From Amoeboradix gromovi X-113 (taxonomy: Eukaryota; Fungi; Sanchytriomycota): a stretch of 8,540 nucleotides of DNA. The translations under genes and the position numbers were made by a program. Within the stretch, counting starts at the first letter, position 1, and each line of letters begins with the position of its first letter. The DNA lies in the NCBI GenBank assembly GCA_018985225.1, contig JADGIF010000443.1, forward strand, positions 1-8,540, read 5' to 3'. The notes under the pieces were generated by a model, which worked only from the letters and a program-made list of their open reading frames with translations, made no database searches and had not been told where the DNA came from. Positions 6,529 through 8,540 of this stretch are shown in pieces.

Positions 6529-7647
6529 TTATCTCTTCTGCCTATCTCTTAAAGTTTTGTATTTAACACTCGGGAGCTGCTTTATTCTTGTCTTATTAAT
6601 TGTAGTTAAATGTCCGCTTTGTCCACTTAGTCCACCAGTAATTCCCCATGATGCTCGGTCATTGAATAATGAATACTTCTCAATAAATGCTTCTTTTAGC
6701 GCTAATTCTATCAGAAGCTGATGTTTAGAGCATTGTACTATATCATGAAGTGTAATTCTACCTCTAAAATTATCTTTAAAATGAACAGCATCAGGTACAG
6801 TGGTTTCTGCTAAAGCACATGAATTAATAGTTATACATTCATCATGGATCCAGTTTATGTCAAATTCAGTATCCCATAAGACTAATCCCAGCTCGCTAGC
6901 CATATCAAAATTGGGCTTCACCTCTAAGGGATTTAAAAGCCAGGATATATCTTCATGCTCAAGCCCCCTACCTACTAGGAACAATATTGCCATTGTATAC
7001 CTGATCTGGTGCCACAAAAATGCAGACCCTTTAATTTCGGCGACCCAAATCTCCTCGCTATTGAAATTGCTAAAATGTGAGAAAGTAATACTATAAATAT
7101 TTCGAACAAAAGTAGTTAAATTATCGTCAATCTTACAAAAGTTACGAAAATCATGCTCCCCTATTAAATACGTGGCTGCTTTTCTCATCTTATTGATGCA
7201 AATATCACTGGAACGAACAAAGTAATATCTATATGTCCTAGATTGACAGTCAAATCTAGCATTGAATTTGGCACTGACCTTGGCAAATCCGACTACTCTA
7301 ACATCATTTGGCAGTCTCGAATTGATTGCATTAATCGGATTAGGTATGTTTCTGATGTTTAACACAATTACATTACTAAAGCAACTCACACCTTTATCAG
7401 TTCTTCCACATTTGCTAAAGTTGTCTTTCCATTTCAGCGGGTGTACAAAATTCAACTCTAACAAAGCTTTAACCAAAGTACTCTCAATCGTAGCAGGTTC
7501 CATCATTGGAAGTAAAGTATTGTCTGTTGGTATGAATCCCTGCATTTGCAACCCGTGGTAGCTCTTACCAAAATAAGCAATTTTCAAGGCTGTTGGAACA
7601 TAATCTATCTGGTCTGCATTCAATTTGCGTTTTTTTAAAAGTTGCAT
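6529..7647 (-). CDS. PUS3: tRNA pseudouridine(38/39) synthase, TruA family (Pus3/Deg1)
   Basis: Motifs ALKIAYFGKSYHG, SKCGRTDKGVS (catalytic Asp at 7396-7398), FNARFDCQSRTYRYYF, GEHDFRNFCK, GSAFLWHQIRY and GLVLWD. The ORF opens at 7746, but Met34 (7647, MQLLKKRKL) is the more likely start. Confidence 0.95.
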   Translation of the reverse strand: MQLLKKRKLNADQIDYVPTALKIAYFGKSYHGLQMQGFIPTDNTLLPMMEPATIESTLVKALLELNFVHPLKWKDNFSKCGRTDKGVSCFSNVIVLNIRNIPNPINAINSRLPNDVRVVGFAKVSAKFNARFDCQSRTYRYYFVRSSDICINKMRKAATYLIGEHDFRNFCKIDDNLTTFVRNIYSITFSHFSNFNSEEIWVAEIKGSAFLWHQIRYTMAILFLVGRGLEHEDISWLLNPLEVKPNFDMASELGLVLWDTEFDINWIHDECITINSCALAETTVPDAVHFKDNFRGRITLHDIVQCSKHQLLIELALKEAFIEKYSLFNDRASWGITGGLSGQSGHLTTINKTRIKQLPSVKYKTLRDRQKR

Positions 7648-7779
7648 TTGCCCCAAAACTGGCCCCTGAATGTAGTAATTCAAAACATAAATACACAAAA
7701 CGCTAGCCAAATTTATTGAAGCAATACCTAAGCAAGGCCACCCCATATTTCGCTACACGTACGTTAGACAAAAACCGCT

Positions 7780-8350
7780 GCCACCGATCCCTCTCCTTCG
7801 TCCTGGATTAAGTAAGTGCGTTATTTTCGGGATTTCTATGGCCCGTGCTGCTTTAATTTCAGCTGTATTCACAATAGCATAACGCGTTCTACCGCATTCT
7901 TTCGGTTACCATTTCTTGTATCCTTACTTTGTGCTATCATATTCTCACCCATGGCCGACATCTTTCCAAACACAAACTATATTTTCACCAGGCCCATGGT
8001 TCATGTTCGACTTGGAATCCTTGGAAACGACATTTCTGCATTTTACCGTACCATGGATACTAGTTGTAAGCGAGCATTTGGAACATGTCTATTAACATAT
8101 GTATGGCGCTTCAGGAACCAGGCAGCCTTCATTTTTGGACACATAAACGCTGCAACTGTTCCCTTATTGGCATATTGGCTGTGGTTGGATTTCCAGATGT
8201 TATGGCGACTTTGCGGTAAAGTGTTATGAGCTCTTAGAACTGAAGTACTATTATCGAGTGCCTTTTGAGGAGTATGGAATTTTTTATTACGTACGATCTT
8301 TTTTGTCTTCATCCAAGTCTATTTTTGTAAAGCATGTCCCACATCCTTTA
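7780..8350 (+). pseudogene. Degraded membrane-protein-like coding remnant
   Basis: Hydrophobic segments are scattered over all three + frames (VSALFSGFLWPVLL, FFRLPFLVSLLCAIIFSPMADIF, AATVPLL, GILAVVGFPDVM), suggesting a multiply frameshifted gene. Family uncertain. Confidence 0.25.
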
Positions 8351-8540
8351 TTTTAGATAACCGAAATTAACAAATGGGACATCAAATATAAAAACTGGAC
8401 TAACTTTCTGTAACAACTTGAACATTATTTCAGCTTTATTAATTATATGGATTCAAGAGGCGAGTGGACATTCAGCTAGTTGCGGAGTTGACGAGTATAA
8501 AAGGAAAATAAATAACTTTTTGTATCGAAATTTCAAAAAT

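Noticed and set aside
6494-7561. + strand ORFs 6494-6721, 6800-7096 and 7262-7561, and also 4596-4829
   Set aside because: Antisense shadows of PUS3 or, for 4596-4829, an alternative frame inside the kinase.
236-7647. Functional link between the tRNA-Val gene and the nearby tRNA pseudouridine synthase
   Set aside because: They are more than 6 kb apart in a eukaryotic genome, with no evidence of co-regulation.
7648-7746. 33-aa hydrophobic N-terminal extension of PUS3
   Set aside because: Not typical of Pus3. The downstream Met has a G-run context and a basic KKRK start, so the extension is probably a chance upstream in-frame stretch, although a targeting isoform is not excluded.
1795-8490. 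Alternative genetic code (TAA/TAG = Gln), suggested by long TGA-free frames at ~1795-2370 (-), 3610-4254 (-) and 7742-8490 (+) and by CAG/TAG swaps in the Fanzor copies
   Set aside because: The two intact ~400-codon genes contain no internal TAA/TAG, encode every Gln as CAR (about 15 in the kinase) and end in TAA. The read-through products are unrecognisable, and 7741-8225 lacks TGA in all + frames anyway.
1-8540. CRISPR array or terminal inverted repeats associated with the nuclease relic
   Set aside because: No regularly spaced short repeats are visible. The best TIR-like match is only ~7 nt (AAATGTC near 428-434).

Overview
AT-rich, apparently intron-free eukaryotic DNA read in the standard code. 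A compact fungal or early-diverging holomycotan/protist genome is an inference, not shown. Intact features are a Pol III tRNA-Val(AAC) gene (236-309), a divergent protein kinase-fold gene lacking the catalytic Asp (4295-5518, +), and a TruA-family Pus3/Deg1 tRNA pseudouridine 38/39 synthase (minus strand, probable start 7647, stop 6529). The main signal is absent from the ORF track: two diverged direct-repeat copies of a decayed element (~469-1030 and ~5516-6115). Each carries the 3' part of a Fanzor2/TnpB-type RNA-guided nuclease gene (zinc finger and RuvC-III in both, rearranged RuvC-II in the second). Each gene remnant is followed by a conserved, hairpin-rich 100-nt tail with a sharp right boundary, as expected for an omegaRNA scaffold followed by a variable guide. 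Each copy also carries the remnant of an unidentified, divergently oriented partner ORF. Between the copies is a tract of degraded coding sequence that includes an rve-type DDE integrase fragment (~3053-3345). All protein family calls come from motif recognition by eye; no searches were run.
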